A stretch of 64,000 nucleotides of DNA from Eledone cirrhosa (taxonomy: Eukaryota): NCBI GenBank assembly GCA_964016885.1, contig OZ024750.1:54250001-54314000 (forward strand), written 5' to 3'. The translations under genes and the position numbers were made by a program. Below, one piece after another: positions 43,140 through 55,394 of this stretch (the first letter of the stretch is position 1; each line of letters begins with the position of its first letter). Below the pieces are notes generated by a model, which worked only from the letters and a program-made list of their open reading frames with translations, had not been told where the DNA came from and searched no databases.

Positions 43140-43725
43140 TCTACTATATAAATGGCAATTTCTGTCTGTGTAACCAGTTGGCGTCTAAACCTGTGATCCA
43201 ATCCTGCTAAAACTTTACACACATGTTAAGCTAATATTCAGAAACAGGACTAGCTAATTGGATTTCAATAAAAATCAATAATCGAATCCCTGGGGACATT
43301 AAACCCTCCCTCCCACTACTCCCCTTCATCCTCCCACAACTCAGTCCTCCAAAACAAGGCAACAACTTATTTGTTTTTCTGTTCTTCATTCTGTAGAGAA
43401 AGAGAGAGGGGTTGAGAGAGAGGAGATAAGAGAGAAAGAGAGGGGATGAGAGAGAGAGGGGGGGATAAGAGAGAGAGAGCCAAAGCAAACAATATTGATA
43501 GCATAGTTCCATAACTAACTTTTAATTATTTATTTTTTAAACACTTCTTAATTAACTCCTTTCTTAACATTACTTCTCTTTCTCTCTTTCACAAAAGTCC
43601 TAATGAGACTGTATGTGACCATGTGTGTGTCTTGGTGTTCTTAAATTAGAAACAAGTGTGTGTGTTAATCACCGTACTTAAGTTAGAGACATATATATCC
43701 CAGTCTACTGTCTCATGTATGTGTA

Positions 43726-43756
<31 letters not shown>

Positions 43757-44807
43757 GAAGCAAAAAGGAAAGGATGTATGTGATACCTCGATCTACTAGA
43801 AATATTAGCAAAATCCATTTCAAACCACAGCGAACAGTCTTACACACACAAACACATGTATGTGTGTGTATGTATGTCATGGAAGCCACTATAACTGTTG
43901 GTGTACTTAAAAGAAATAGAAAACAAATCTCCCTCAAACGAGATCCTACTGCCATAGAGGTAAAAGTTGGTGAAAGCTAGTGTAAAAATTATAATTAACC
44001 CAGGCTCTGCCGTACTTTGGGCCAAGGAGGGTAAACTATCAAAATATAGGTTGCTCTCCGACAGGTTTGTTGCTGAACCCATAGCAATGGAGACTTCTGG
44101 TGTCCTTGGCTCTAGGGCTACCTCCCAACTCACCACCTTCGCCACACAGTTGGCTACCTGCAGGGTATGGATTTTCCAGCGCGTCTCCTTCACCATCCAC
44201 TATTCCGACCACCGAGGCTGCTGGGCGGCCAGCACATCGGGCCCCATTTTCTCATAATAGTGAGTGATAGGGAGATCTGGAGAGATGGAGGCAGGGACAG
44301 TGGGAGTTTGGTTCCTGGTGTATATGTATATATTTACCACACTTACATTTAAATAAACTTTCCTGAATTACAAAAATGAGTAAGTAAATTCTTCATTCAT
44401 TCATCAACCAATGGTAAATTTATTTTTTTATTTTATTTTATTTTATTTGTGCTTTTTAAAATAGTCTTCACAATTTGTTTGAATTTCAGAGGTTCTGATT
44501 GTGCAAAAAAAAAGGGATAAATAAAATCTAAATATATTTTTGGGGTCATGCCCTTTTCACTGACATACCTAATGATTCTTCCAAGTGTGAAGCATTATAT
44601 ATGCTGACTGTAATAGGGAGGAGTATTTAAAAAAATCACCATTCGACACAATTAACAATATTTTTATCTACATGATTTGCTTTCAACAAACGGCAATAAA
44701 TATTCTGCTATAATTCCTACTTTAGTTAAAATTCAGCAATCATATTTCAATGGTCAAATATTGTAACTTTAATAAAATACCTGGGAATCACCGGGTAGCT
44801 CAGCTAG
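43140..44807 (+). mobile_element. Non-autonomous Helitron (~1.67 kb)
   Basis: 5' end A|TCTACTATATAAA. 3' hairpin TACCTGG-GAATCA-CCGGGTA followed by CTAG|T, so it sits between A and T with no TSD. Pairing of the two ends is inferred. Confidence 0.75.
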
Positions 44808-44873
44808 TGTACATATATATATATATATTTATATGTATATACACACACACATATATAAATATATATATATACA

Positions 44874-45726
44874 CATGAGGAGAATGCATGGGAGGAAGAG
44901 ACCCTACCCCAAGTAGACTCTATAGAAGTGCCAGCAGTACAAGTCAGCAGCAGCATAGTAAGGCAATCAAAGATATGAAGATGGGGAAGGCAACCGGTCC
45001 ATCGGGTATAGCTGCCGAGATGCTGAAGGCATCTGGGTCTGTAGGTCACACTATAACCACACGTATTGTTAACCAGGTAATACTAGGTGTCATACCAAAA
45101 GATTGGTGCAGTAGCATCATTGTCAACTGCTACAAAGGTAAAGGTGATGCACTAGATAGAGGAAACTATAGAGGTATAAAGCTGATGGACCAGGTCATGA
45201 AAGTAACAGAAAGAATTATAGCACAGTTGATTAGGGACCGGGTGAAACTAGATGAGATGCAATTTGAGTTTGTACCAGGAAAAGGCACCACTGATGCCCT
45301 CTTCCTTGTGAGGCAGTTACAGGAAAAGTACCTAGCTAAAAGTAAGCCACTCTACCTGGCATTCGTCGATCTCGAGAAAGCCTTTGACAGAGTTCCACGT
45401 GCTGGTAGGCTCTTAGAAAACTAGGAGTAGATGAATGGCTTGTGAAAGCTGTACAAGCCATGTATAGGGGAGCAGTCAGCAAAGTTAGGATTAGCAATGA
45501 GTATAGCGAGGAATTTAGCGTACAGGTTGGTGTCCACCAGGGCTCTGTTCTTAGCCCTCTCCTGTTCATCATAGTCCTGCAAGCAATAACGGAGGAGTTT
45601 AAGACCGGATGCCCATGGGAACTCCTGTATGCAGATGACCTTGCACTTATAGCTGAATCTATGGTAGAACTAGAGAAGAAATTCCAAACTTGGAAGCAGG
45701 GACTAGAAAGAAAGGGTCTCAAAGTC
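44874..45726 (+). mobile_element. RTE internal (RT) fragment, near-identical to ~22660-23520
   Basis: ORFs 44888-45424 and 45442-45858 carry RT motifs including YADD. No RTE 3' end is present. Confidence 0.9.
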
Positions 45727-45880
45727 GCAGTGTCATATTTAAAGAGTGAAGATGATGTGGTCAGTATCAGTGGATCTCCACTCTTTAAATATGACACTGC
45801 TAATGACAACACTAATATCTATGTATCTTTACAATTGTTCTGTAGAATAGGAGGTTAATTATATGTCTAAACTTTGCTAG

Positions 45881-45927
45881 TGCTCCGATGATTCCAAACA
45901 AAAGTTTGGAAGAAACGATTGTCAGCA
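45881..45927 (+). ncRNA. Type I hammerhead ribozyme (Naiad-type terminal repeat family)
   Basis: TGCT-CCGATGA-TTCCAAAC/aaaa/GTTTGGAA-GAAAC-gatt-GTC|AGCA. Flanks are similar to 61008-61130. Confidence 0.82.
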
Positions 45928-45991
45928 ATAAAATGTTTTGAACATAGTTTTGATTATTCTGTAATTTATATATATATGTATATGCATATAT

Positions 45992-46022
<31 letters not shown>

Positions 46023-46109
46023 TATATATATATGTATATATATATGTATATGTATATATATATGTATATGCATATATATATATATGCATATATATATATA
46101 TATATGTAT

Positions 46110-46151
<42 letters not shown>

Positions 46152-46303
46152 ATCTATATATTGTTATACTTTGGGAGGGTCATGTTGCCAATAAGAAACA
46201 CACGCACCAGTTGCTTTCACTTCAATTTATTATAATAAATTTATAAATTTATAAATTTCTGGTTGGTTGGTTGGTTCCACAACCAGATAGTTGTTTATAT
46301 ATT

Positions 46304-46346
46304 GTCATAGTTCTTTCGTCACACACTCTGTGACCTCTTCAGTGAC
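46304..46346 (-). ncRNA. Type I hammerhead ribozyme (Neptune-type terminal repeat family)
   Basis: Reverse complement GTCA-CTGAAGA-g-GTCACA/gagtg/TGTGAC-GAAAG-aa-CTA|TGAC. Island 46155-46410 shares its end motif with 55715-55740. Confidence 0.78.
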
Positions 46347-46405
46347 TGGGGATTCCTTTCTTTGTTTCTGTGCCTCTCCTTTGTTCTGTCCTACGCCATT
46401 TTGTT

Positions 46406-46409
<4 letters not shown>

Positions 46410-46444
<35 letters not shown>

Positions 46445-46471
46445 ATGTATATATATATATGTATATATATG

Positions 46472-46508
<37 letters not shown>

Positions 46509-47208
46509 GTATATATATGTATATATATGTATGTATATGTATATATATGTATATATATGTATATGTATATATATGTATATGTATATATATGTATATGTAT
46601 ATATATGTATATATATGTATATATATGTATATGTATATACATGTATATATATGTATATATATGTATATATATGTATATGTATATATGTATATGTATATAC
46701 ATGTATATATATGTATATATATGTATATATATGTATATATATGTATATGTATATATATGTATATGTATATATATGTATATGTATATATATGTATATGTAT
46801 ATATATGTATATGTATATACATGTATATATATGTATATACATGTATATACATGTATATGTATATACATATATATGTATATACATATATGTATATACATGT
46901 ATATATACATGTATATATATGTATATACATGTATATATATGTATATACATGTATATACATGTATATGTATATACATATATATGTATATACATATATGTAT
47001 ATACATGTATATATATATGTATATACATGTATATATATGTATATACATGTATATGTATATACATGTATATATATATGTATATACATGTATATATATATAT
47101 GTATATACATGTATATGTATATACATATATATATGTATATACATGTATATATATATATGTATATAAATGTATATGTATATGTATATACATGTATATATAT
47201 ATATGTAT

Positions 47209-47239
<31 letters not shown>

Positions 47240-47240
47240 C
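46410..47240. repeat. Compound (TA)n/(TATG)/(TACATG) microsatellite; similar tracts at 45967-46150, 49515-50229 and 61298-61530
   Basis: Low-complexity alternating purine-pyrimidine sequence. It produces the YI-rich pseudo-ORFs. Confidence 0.97.
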
Positions 47241-47254
47241 AGATTGACTTTGTT

Positions 47255-47305
47255 AGTTTCAGAAGATCCCGTTAAGGGTGAAAGCAGCGATTCTTTGCTT
47301 AAACT
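47255..47305 (+). ncRNA. Hammerhead-like motif with a variant core (CAGAAGA)
   Basis: AGTTT-CAGAAGA-tCCC/gttaa/GGGt-GAAAGCA/loop/TGCTT|AAACT. All three stems pair; core position 4 is A instead of U. Confidence 0.6.
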
Positions 47306-47398
47306 TTAATCTGTTATTTTAATAAATACATGTATATATATATATGTATATACATGTATATATATGTATATACATGTATATATATGTATATGTATATA

Positions 47399-48172
47399 CA
47401 TCATCATCATCATCGTTTAACGCCCATCTTCCACTCTAGCATGGGTTTGGACGGGAATTTTCCCACTTGAGGCAAGATTGGTTGTCTTGCTCGTATAGGA
47501 CTGTCTGGCGGGTTTTCTACGGCTGGATGCCCTTCCTAACACCAACCACGTTTACAGTGTGGACTGGGAGGTTTTTACTGTGTTACCTACACGGCCACAT
47601 TACAGCGTGGACTGTCTGTTTTTTTGTCGTGACACCTACACGACCTCATTTGTTTCGGACTGGATGTTGTGGTACCAACATAACTTTACATTGAAAGGGG
47701 TGGTGTGGATGGGGTGGGGGTTGTGGGACGGGGGTGTATTTTTGTTAGAGGTGTCTACTGACTGTAGGTTTCGCTTTGTACTTAGGCAAGGCGGGTCTTC
47801 TGTATTACTGGAGAGTGTGTGAGGTCGGAATTTATCAAGTCATCCCAGGTTTTTCTGGGTCTGCCTACTCCGTGGCTATCGTCTATTTTTATCGCCCTGC
47901 ACTTTTTTATACAGCTGTCGTCTTTCATGCGCATAACCGTACCAACGTAGTCTTCTCTCGAGTAAACAGCATCTGATCCCTCTTATTCCTAATTTCTCCC
48001 TTAGTTCGTTTATGCTTTGCCGTTCACGTATATTACTATTACACATCCAAAGGAGCATGCAAGCTTCGTTCCTCTCCAGTCTGCATATATCCTCTGTACA
48101 CAATTCCCAGGTCTCACTGCCATGTAACATTGCTTTCATTTTTAGAGAGAACCCTTTGATGATGATGATGAT
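47399..48172 (-). mobile_element. RTE 3' fragment
   Basis: Encodes AMLHGSETW...RRLRWYG. 3' UTR matches the other copies. (CAT)n on the left, (GAT)n on the right. Confidence 0.9.
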
Positions 48173-48206
48173 GTATATACATATAAATATGTATATACAT
48201 ATATAC

Positions 48207-48495
48207 CAAGGGCGAAGGGTCCATGCATGCAACACATGCAGTGCATGCGTTATAGAATCTTGAGTTGATCAATTGCGTCAGTTGAAGCAAGCAGAATTTT
48301 GGCTGCTTACTAAATCGTAGACACAAAAAAGATAACACACACACACATACACACACACTAGATAAGACATGTGGCTTTGACCGGGAGGGTGATTTAGAGG
48401 GAATTGGGGGGGGGGGGGGTAAGGCTGCACAGCCCCACTTTCTGCTGCGGTGATTGGACTGCATGCCCTGCTTTCCAGGTTACCCTTCGCCACTG
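48207..48495. mobile_element. hAT-like MITE
   Basis: TIRs CAAGGGCGAAGGGT / ACCCTTCGCCACTG. ATATATAC on both sides, but in low-complexity sequence so the TSD is weak evidence. Confidence 0.65.
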
Positions 48496-48729
48496 ATATA
48501 TACATGTACATACATATATACATATATATACATATATACATGTATATACATATATACATGTATATACATATATAGATGTATATACAAATACATATATATA
48601 CATGTATATACATGCATATACATATATATATATGCATATGTATATATGTATGGACATGTATATATATATATATGTATTTGTATATACATGTATGTATATA
48701 TATATGTGTATACATGTATGTATGTATAT

Positions 48730-49511
48730 AACTTTGAATAACTTTGAAATGTTTTGGCCAGTATTGGCCCAGGCCATGTCTAACTTAATAGCACCACCTG
48801 GCGAAGTCTTTCAATTCAGGATTTGGGCACCATGGCCCATTCGAGAAGAGAATTACTGTTTGCGGAGACATATCCGGGTGTGGGTGGTTTGTCCGGGATT
48901 TCTTGGAGGAATTTGTCCAAAGACTTCTTGAATTTTGAGTGGTCAGTTTCTGTTTTGATGTGTCCTGGTGTGATGTTGAAGAGAGCAGGGCCGATTGAGG
49001 TGAAATAATTGTGCCGTATTGTTGTTATGAGTTGCGATTTAGATTTTTGAATGGGACGGATAGCACGGGGCCCAAGCCTTGGGTGTATCTTGAAGGCGAT
49101 GCCAACATCATTTGGGCAGTGATGATGGAACATTTTCCACATCATGCAGATAATATAACGCTCACGGCGACGTTGGAGTGAGTAAAGTTTCAGGTTTTCC
49201 AATCGACCCCAGTAGTCAAGGTCTGACATGCCATCTATCTTTTTCGTGATTGCCCTTTGAGGAGCTTCAAGTTTCATGATACTTTGTTTCGTGTGGGGAG
49301 ACCACAGTGGACAACAGTATTCAAGGTGTGGTCGGGCGAAAGTAGAGAAGAGAAGGATAATGGTGTGGGAATCTCTCGACTGGAAGGTTCTGAGGATCCA
49401 GGAACACATTCTGCGGGCCATGTCAACTTTGCTGCTTATATGCGTGGTCCAGCTTATGTTGCTGTCCACGGTTACTCCCAAGTCTCTGATGTTGTTAGAT
49501 GCCACGAGAGG
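48730..49511 (-). mobile_element. CR1-clade LINE 3' fragment with an intact 229-aa frame
   Basis: Encodes RDLGVTVD...[14 protein letters not shown]...[10 protein letters not shown]. Short tandem tail ACTTTGAAT-A-ACTTTGAA at ~48731-48748. Confidence 0.88.
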
Positions 49512-49655
49512 TATACATGTATGTATATATATATGTATGTGTATATATATGTATGTGTATATATATGTATATATATATGTATGTGTATATATATGTATAT
49601 ATATATGTATGTATATATATATGTATGTATATATATATGTATGTATATATGTATG

Positions 49656-49695
<40 letters not shown>

Positions 49696-49775
49696 TGTAT
49701 GTATATATATATATATGTATGTATATATATATATGTATGTATATATATATATGTATGTATATATATATATGTATG

Positions 49776-49806
<31 letters not shown>

Positions 49807-49910
49807 ATATATATATATATATGTATGTATATATATATATGTATGTATGTATATATATATATATGTATGTATATATATATATATGTATGTATATATATAT
49901 ATATGTATGT

Positions 49911-49951
<41 letters not shown>

Positions 49952-50036
49952 TGTATGTATATATATATATGTATGTATATATATATATGTATGTATATAT
50001 ATATATGTATGTATATATATATATGTATGTATGTAT

Positions 50037-50091
<55 letters not shown>

Positions 50092-50337
50092 TATGTATGT
50101 ATATATATATATGTATGTATATATATATATGTATGTATATATATATATGTATGTATATATATATATGTATGTATATATATATATATATGTATGTATATAT
50201 ATATATGTATGTATATATATATATATATACAAAAGACAAGTATTGCTTACATTCTCAAAATCGACAGATCGCCTGTAAGATAGATTAGATATATAAATTC
50301 TGTCCTTGGGACTAGCAAGATTTATTTTATACTTGGA

Positions 50338-52582
50338 TATGGAAGTTGAAGGACTCCATAGCCTGTGACAAATTTAAAAGCTTATTACTTGATGCTTTTG
50401 ACAATAAGGAAGAGCAATTAGAGACGTGCGATATAGGGGAACAATGGCAATTCTTGAAAGTGAACCTGCTGAAAGCAACGGATGAAATCTGTGGCTGGAG
50501 CAGACCTATTGACAGGAAGAGAGTAACTTGGTAGTGGAACAGTAAGGTAGAATAGACAATCAAGGCCAAAAAGCAGGCTTGGAAAGTATGGCAGGATGGG
50601 GGAAGTAGAGAGCACTATCAAGTGCCCAGGAGAAAAGCTAGGAGACAAGTGTACCTTGCAAAAAGGGAAGCAGAGGATAGACAGTTCAAGCATGTTCTAC
50701 AACGCGAGGACCCAAAACGCGAGGTGTTCAGGATTGCTAGACAATGTATCAAGGAAAACCGTGATATTGTTGGGGAGAAGTGTGTCCGTATTTGCCCTCA
50801 ATGATGCTGATAAGAAGATAGCCTGGAAGTGTCACTACGAGAGACTATTAAATGAGGAGAATAAATTCAATAGAAGGACCAGCGGTGCAAGTTAAAGGTA
50901 GTATAATAAGTAAGGCAATCAAAGATATGAAGACAGGCAAAGCAGCTGGGCCTTCGGAGATAGTTGCTGAGATGTTGAAGGCATCTGGAATGGTGGGACA
51001 TACTATGGTCACCCATATAGTTAACCAAGTAATACAGAATGGGGTCATACCAAAAGACTGGCATAGCAGCACCATCATTAACTGCTACAAGGGTAAAGGA
51101 GATGCTCTAGATAGAGGAAACTATAAAGGCATTAAGTTAGTTGACCAGGTCATGAAGGTCACAGAAAGAGTTATAGTGCAACTAATCAGAGAGCGAATTG
51201 ATCTAGATGAAATGTAGTTTGGGTTTGTGTCAGGTAAAAGTACCACAGACGTTCTTTTCCTTGTACGACAACTACAAGAGAAGACCTAGCTAAAAGTAAA
51301 CCCCTCTACTTAGCTTTTGTAGACCTGGAAAAAGCCTTTGACAGAGTCCCCCGCTCCATTATCTGGGGGGCTCTTAGAAAACTAGCTGTGAGAGCTATAC
51401 AAGCTATGTATAATGAAACAGTTAGTAAGGTTAAAATTAACAATGAATATTGTGAAGAATTTAGTGTAAACGTTGATGTTAACTATCTAAGAATGTAGAC
51501 TTTATATGTGGCTGATGCTCAGGTGCAATAAGTAGCAAGTGTCCACAGGATACTAGCCCCTTCTATTGCCCAGATGGTTCTATAGAAATAGTAGACACTT
51601 TCCGTTACCTGGGTGACGAAATCAGCAGTGGTGGAGGGTGTTCTGAAAGTACAGTAGCCAGAGTCAGAACGGGATGGAAAAAGTTCAGAGAGCTTATACC
51701 ACTATTGGCCACAAAAGGTTTCTCTCTAAAAATTAAAGGCAGATTGTATGATGCTTGTATACGAACAGCAATGCTACATGGCAGTGAGACCTGGGCATTG
51801 TGTGCAGAGGACCTGCGTAGACTGGAAAGGAACGAAGCATGCATGCTCCGTTGGATGTGTAATAGTAATATACATGAACAGCAAAGCATAAATGAACTAA
51901 GTGAGAAATTAGGAATAAGAGGGATCAGATGCTGTTTACTTGAGAGAAGACTACGTTGGTATGAAAGATGACAGCTGTATAAAAATGTGCAGGGCGATCA
52001 AAATTGACGGTAGTTACGGAGTAGGTAGACCCAGAAAAACCTGGGACGATCTGATGAATTCTAACCTTACACACTTGCACCTCTCTAAGACAATGTCACT
52101 GGACCGAGATCTTTGGCGCTACGCAGTAATACAGAAGATCCGCTTTGCCTATGTACAAAGCGAAACCTACAGTCAGTAGGCACCTCTTAACCAAATATAC
52201 ACCCCAATCCACTACCCCTACCCTATCCTCTCACTCCCACCATCACCCCCCTCTCCTCTCTCTATAAAGTTGGTACCACAACATCCAATCCAAATAATTG
52301 AGATAATGAGATCGAGATCGTGTAGGTGTCACGAGAAAAAAACACACAGTCCACACTGTAATGTGGCCGTGTAGGTAACACGGTAAAAACCTCCCAGTTC
52401 CACACTGTAAATGTGGTTGGTGTTAGGAAGGGCATCCAGCCGTAGAAAACCTGCCAGATAGTCCTATATGAGCGAGACACGGTCACCCGACCAACCTTGC
52501 CTCAAGTGGTACAACTCCCGTCTAACCCATGCCAGCGTGGAAAATGGACGTTAAACGAGGATGATGATGATGATGATGATGA
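50338..52582 (+). mobile_element. RTE LINE, paralog of 25375-28172 with an internal deletion near 51480
   Basis: Colinear sequence, RT motifs, 3' UTR and (GAT)n tail. Confidence 0.92.
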
Positions 52583-52592
52583 TACATGTATG

Positions 52593-52623
<31 letters not shown>

Positions 52624-52671
52624 ATATATATATATATATATACATGTATGTATGTATATATATATATATAC

Positions 52672-53261
52672 ATACTGGTAACATGTATACCAGTACAATC
52701 TGTCTCATGGTTGGGTCGTTGGCGACTAAACTGGCAACCCCACCAAGGTTTCTTGGTGAGGGGGGTGACTTAGGACATCCTGCAGGACTAAAAACAAAAC
52801 CTGTCAAAGGGCAAAGGAGCTCTTAAGAGTCAATGGCCATCCAAAATCACCGGGAGAGATGACCCCTTAGCCTTTGTCAAGGCAGAATTCTAGGAGAAGG
52901 AAAACTCTGATATAACACCTGCAACTCTGATGGTATCCAATGATGTTGACTTGTTCTTCTTTTTGGTAAATATCATCTTGGTTAAGAGAGTGGGACTGGC
53001 TTTGTGCAGTGCCTTTGCTCACTATAAAAGCTTCACGCCACAGGCATTGCTTTATATCTGGAGATCTCTCTGTACTTGTCGTCACATGGTACCATGGGCC
53101 CAGCACTATGTGTCAATAATTGTCACAAGTGTAGTGTTTGTACCAGAGTTTTCAAGTCGCTGGCTGGACTAAAAAGTCACACTAGTTCAGCGCATCGGTA
53201 GGGGTTCTCCTACATGGATATAAAGTAGTGGCCGTAGTCGAAAAGAAGTTGGCAGCCACCA
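52672..53261 (+). mobile_element. Bipartite non-autonomous RTE-like element, copy 1
   Basis: 5' part has the RTE 5'-UTR-like TAGGAGAAGGAAAACTCTGA. 3' part encodes a terminal C2H2 finger CSVCTRVFKSLAGLKSH...H-stop, then a short hairpin UTR. Confidence 0.65.
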
Positions 53262-53349
53262 TATATATATATATATACATGTATGTATGTATATATATAT
53301 ATATATATAGATGTGTGTATATTTGTGTATATTTATACACGTGTGTATG

Positions 53350-53393
<44 letters not shown>

Positions 53394-53433
53394 CATACAC
53401 ACGTGAAAATACCATATTTATTTTTTGATACCC

Positions 53434-53484
53434 AGATTCCTGATGATTTCTAATGAATGAAACAGTTCTAGTCCTGTAGAATCT
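53434..53484 (+). ncRNA. Type I hammerhead ribozyme, canonical core
   Basis: AGATTC-CTGATGA-tTTC/taat/GAAt-GAAACAG/ttctagtc/CTGTA|GAATCT, in a ~110-bp island between TA tracts. Confidence 0.82.
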
Positions 53485-53542
53485 CATCTATATTAAAACT
53501 GTTATACTCTGCTATATATATATATATATACATGTGTGTATG

Positions 53543-53574
<32 letters not shown>

Positions 53575-53796
53575 CATGTGTGTATGTATGTGTACATATA
53601 TATACATGTGTGAATATAAATATATATATAGGAACGAGTGGGGTCCTACTCGTTCCTATTACCCACTCTACTACCCTAAGTATTGAGTACCTTTGTGCGT
53701 TATGGTCCACCTGGTTCCTTACCACATTTCCTCCGTTATATATATATATATATTAAATATATATACATGTGTGTATGTATGTGTATATATATGTAT

Positions 53797-54390
53797 GTCA
53801 GGTCACCAGTTGGTGCTACTGGTAACATGTATCCCAGTACCTGTCTCATGGTCGGGTCGTTGGCAACCCCACCAGGGTTTCTTGGTGAGGAGGGTGACTT
53901 TGGACATCCTGCAGGACTAAAAATAAAACCTGTCAAAAGGCAAAGGCGCTCTTAAGAGTCAATGGCCATCCAAAATCACCGGGAGAGATGACCCCTTAGC
54001 CTTTGTCAAGGCAGAATTCTAGGAGAAGGAAAACTCTGATATAACACCTGTAACTCTGATGATATCCAATGATGTTGACTTGTTCTTCTTTTTGGTAAAT
54101 ATCATCTTGGTTAAGAGAGTGGGACTGGCTTTGTGCAGTGCCTTTGCTCACTATAAAAGCTTCACGGCACAGGCATTGCTTTATATCTGGAGATCTCTCT
54201 GCACTTGTCGTCACATGGTACCATGGGCTCAGCACTATGTGTCAATAATTGTCACAAGTGTAGTGTTTGTACCAGAGTTTTCAAGTCGCTGGCTTGACTA
54301 AAAAGTCACACTCGTTCAGCGCATCGGTAGGGGTTCTCCTACATGGATATAAAGTAGTGGCCGTACTCGAAAACGAGTTGGCAGCCACCA
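53797..54390 (+). mobile_element. Bipartite non-autonomous RTE-like element, copy 2
   Basis: Direct repeat of 52672-53261 with scattered substitutions and a 12-bp deletion. Confidence 0.65.
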
Positions 54391-54497
54391 AATGTATATA
54401 TATATATATGTATGTATATATATATATATATATATATGACGGCGGTGAATTTGTTTTGCAAGGTTTTTGATATGAAATCGTGTGTCGAAACAAATAT

Positions 54498-55354
54498 TGA
54501 TATACTTGGGGAGGATCATATTGTAATAATATTGCAAGGAAAAATAACAGAACACCCTCACTGCTTGGTTGGTTTTCGCTTCTGCAGAAGCAAATCATGA
54601 AATAGCTTAGATAGGACTAAACATAAGACAGGGAAAGCCACTTCATGGTACGACAACCAGAGATACCAGAGTGTCATGTTCGTGGCTGCAACCCCTGGGG
54701 GGAAATTAGCTAACCAATGTAGAAAGACCCACTTTAAGATTAAGTGGTAGAAAAGCCAGGAACTACCATAAAGTCCATGATCCCTTTAAGAAAAGCCACT
54801 GTACTAATGCGAAATGTGTTATATGTAAAGTGAGCCCCCAGATAAATTGTACAACTAGAAATGTAGTCTATAGCATAAGATGTACAGAGGGTACTTGCAG
54901 AAACATGACAACGACATAGGTGAGACAGCTGGAAGCATAGGAGAAAGAATAGACCAACACTGGGGGGAATTAAAAGGACAAAAAAAAAAACGGTTCAGTA
55001 CTATAGGAACCCGCCAGACAACATGACGGTAACATAGACAACATAGAAATTAAAATATCTAAACATAAAAATGACCCAACAAGTAGGCATATCAGAGAAG
55101 CAAGCGAAATAGAGCTTAGAAAGCCAAAGTTAAACAGAAAATACGAATGGAATAACAACAACAACTATACCCAAACAAACAATACTGACTTAAGGTAAAT
55201 ATAAATAAATATATACACAAGTACAATAACAACAAACACATATAAACACATACTAGTAAACAAAGATAGAATACAAAAACCAAAACACATACACTCAAAC
55301 AACACACACACCAAACATTATACACACACGCAAACGCATGCGCAGAGACGGAGA

Positions 55355-55394
<40 letters not shown>

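Noticed and set aside
45812-50288. Numerous 200-340 aa YI/MY-rich ORFs on both strands
   Set aside because: These are translations of (TA)n/(TATG)n microsatellites, which lack stop codons.
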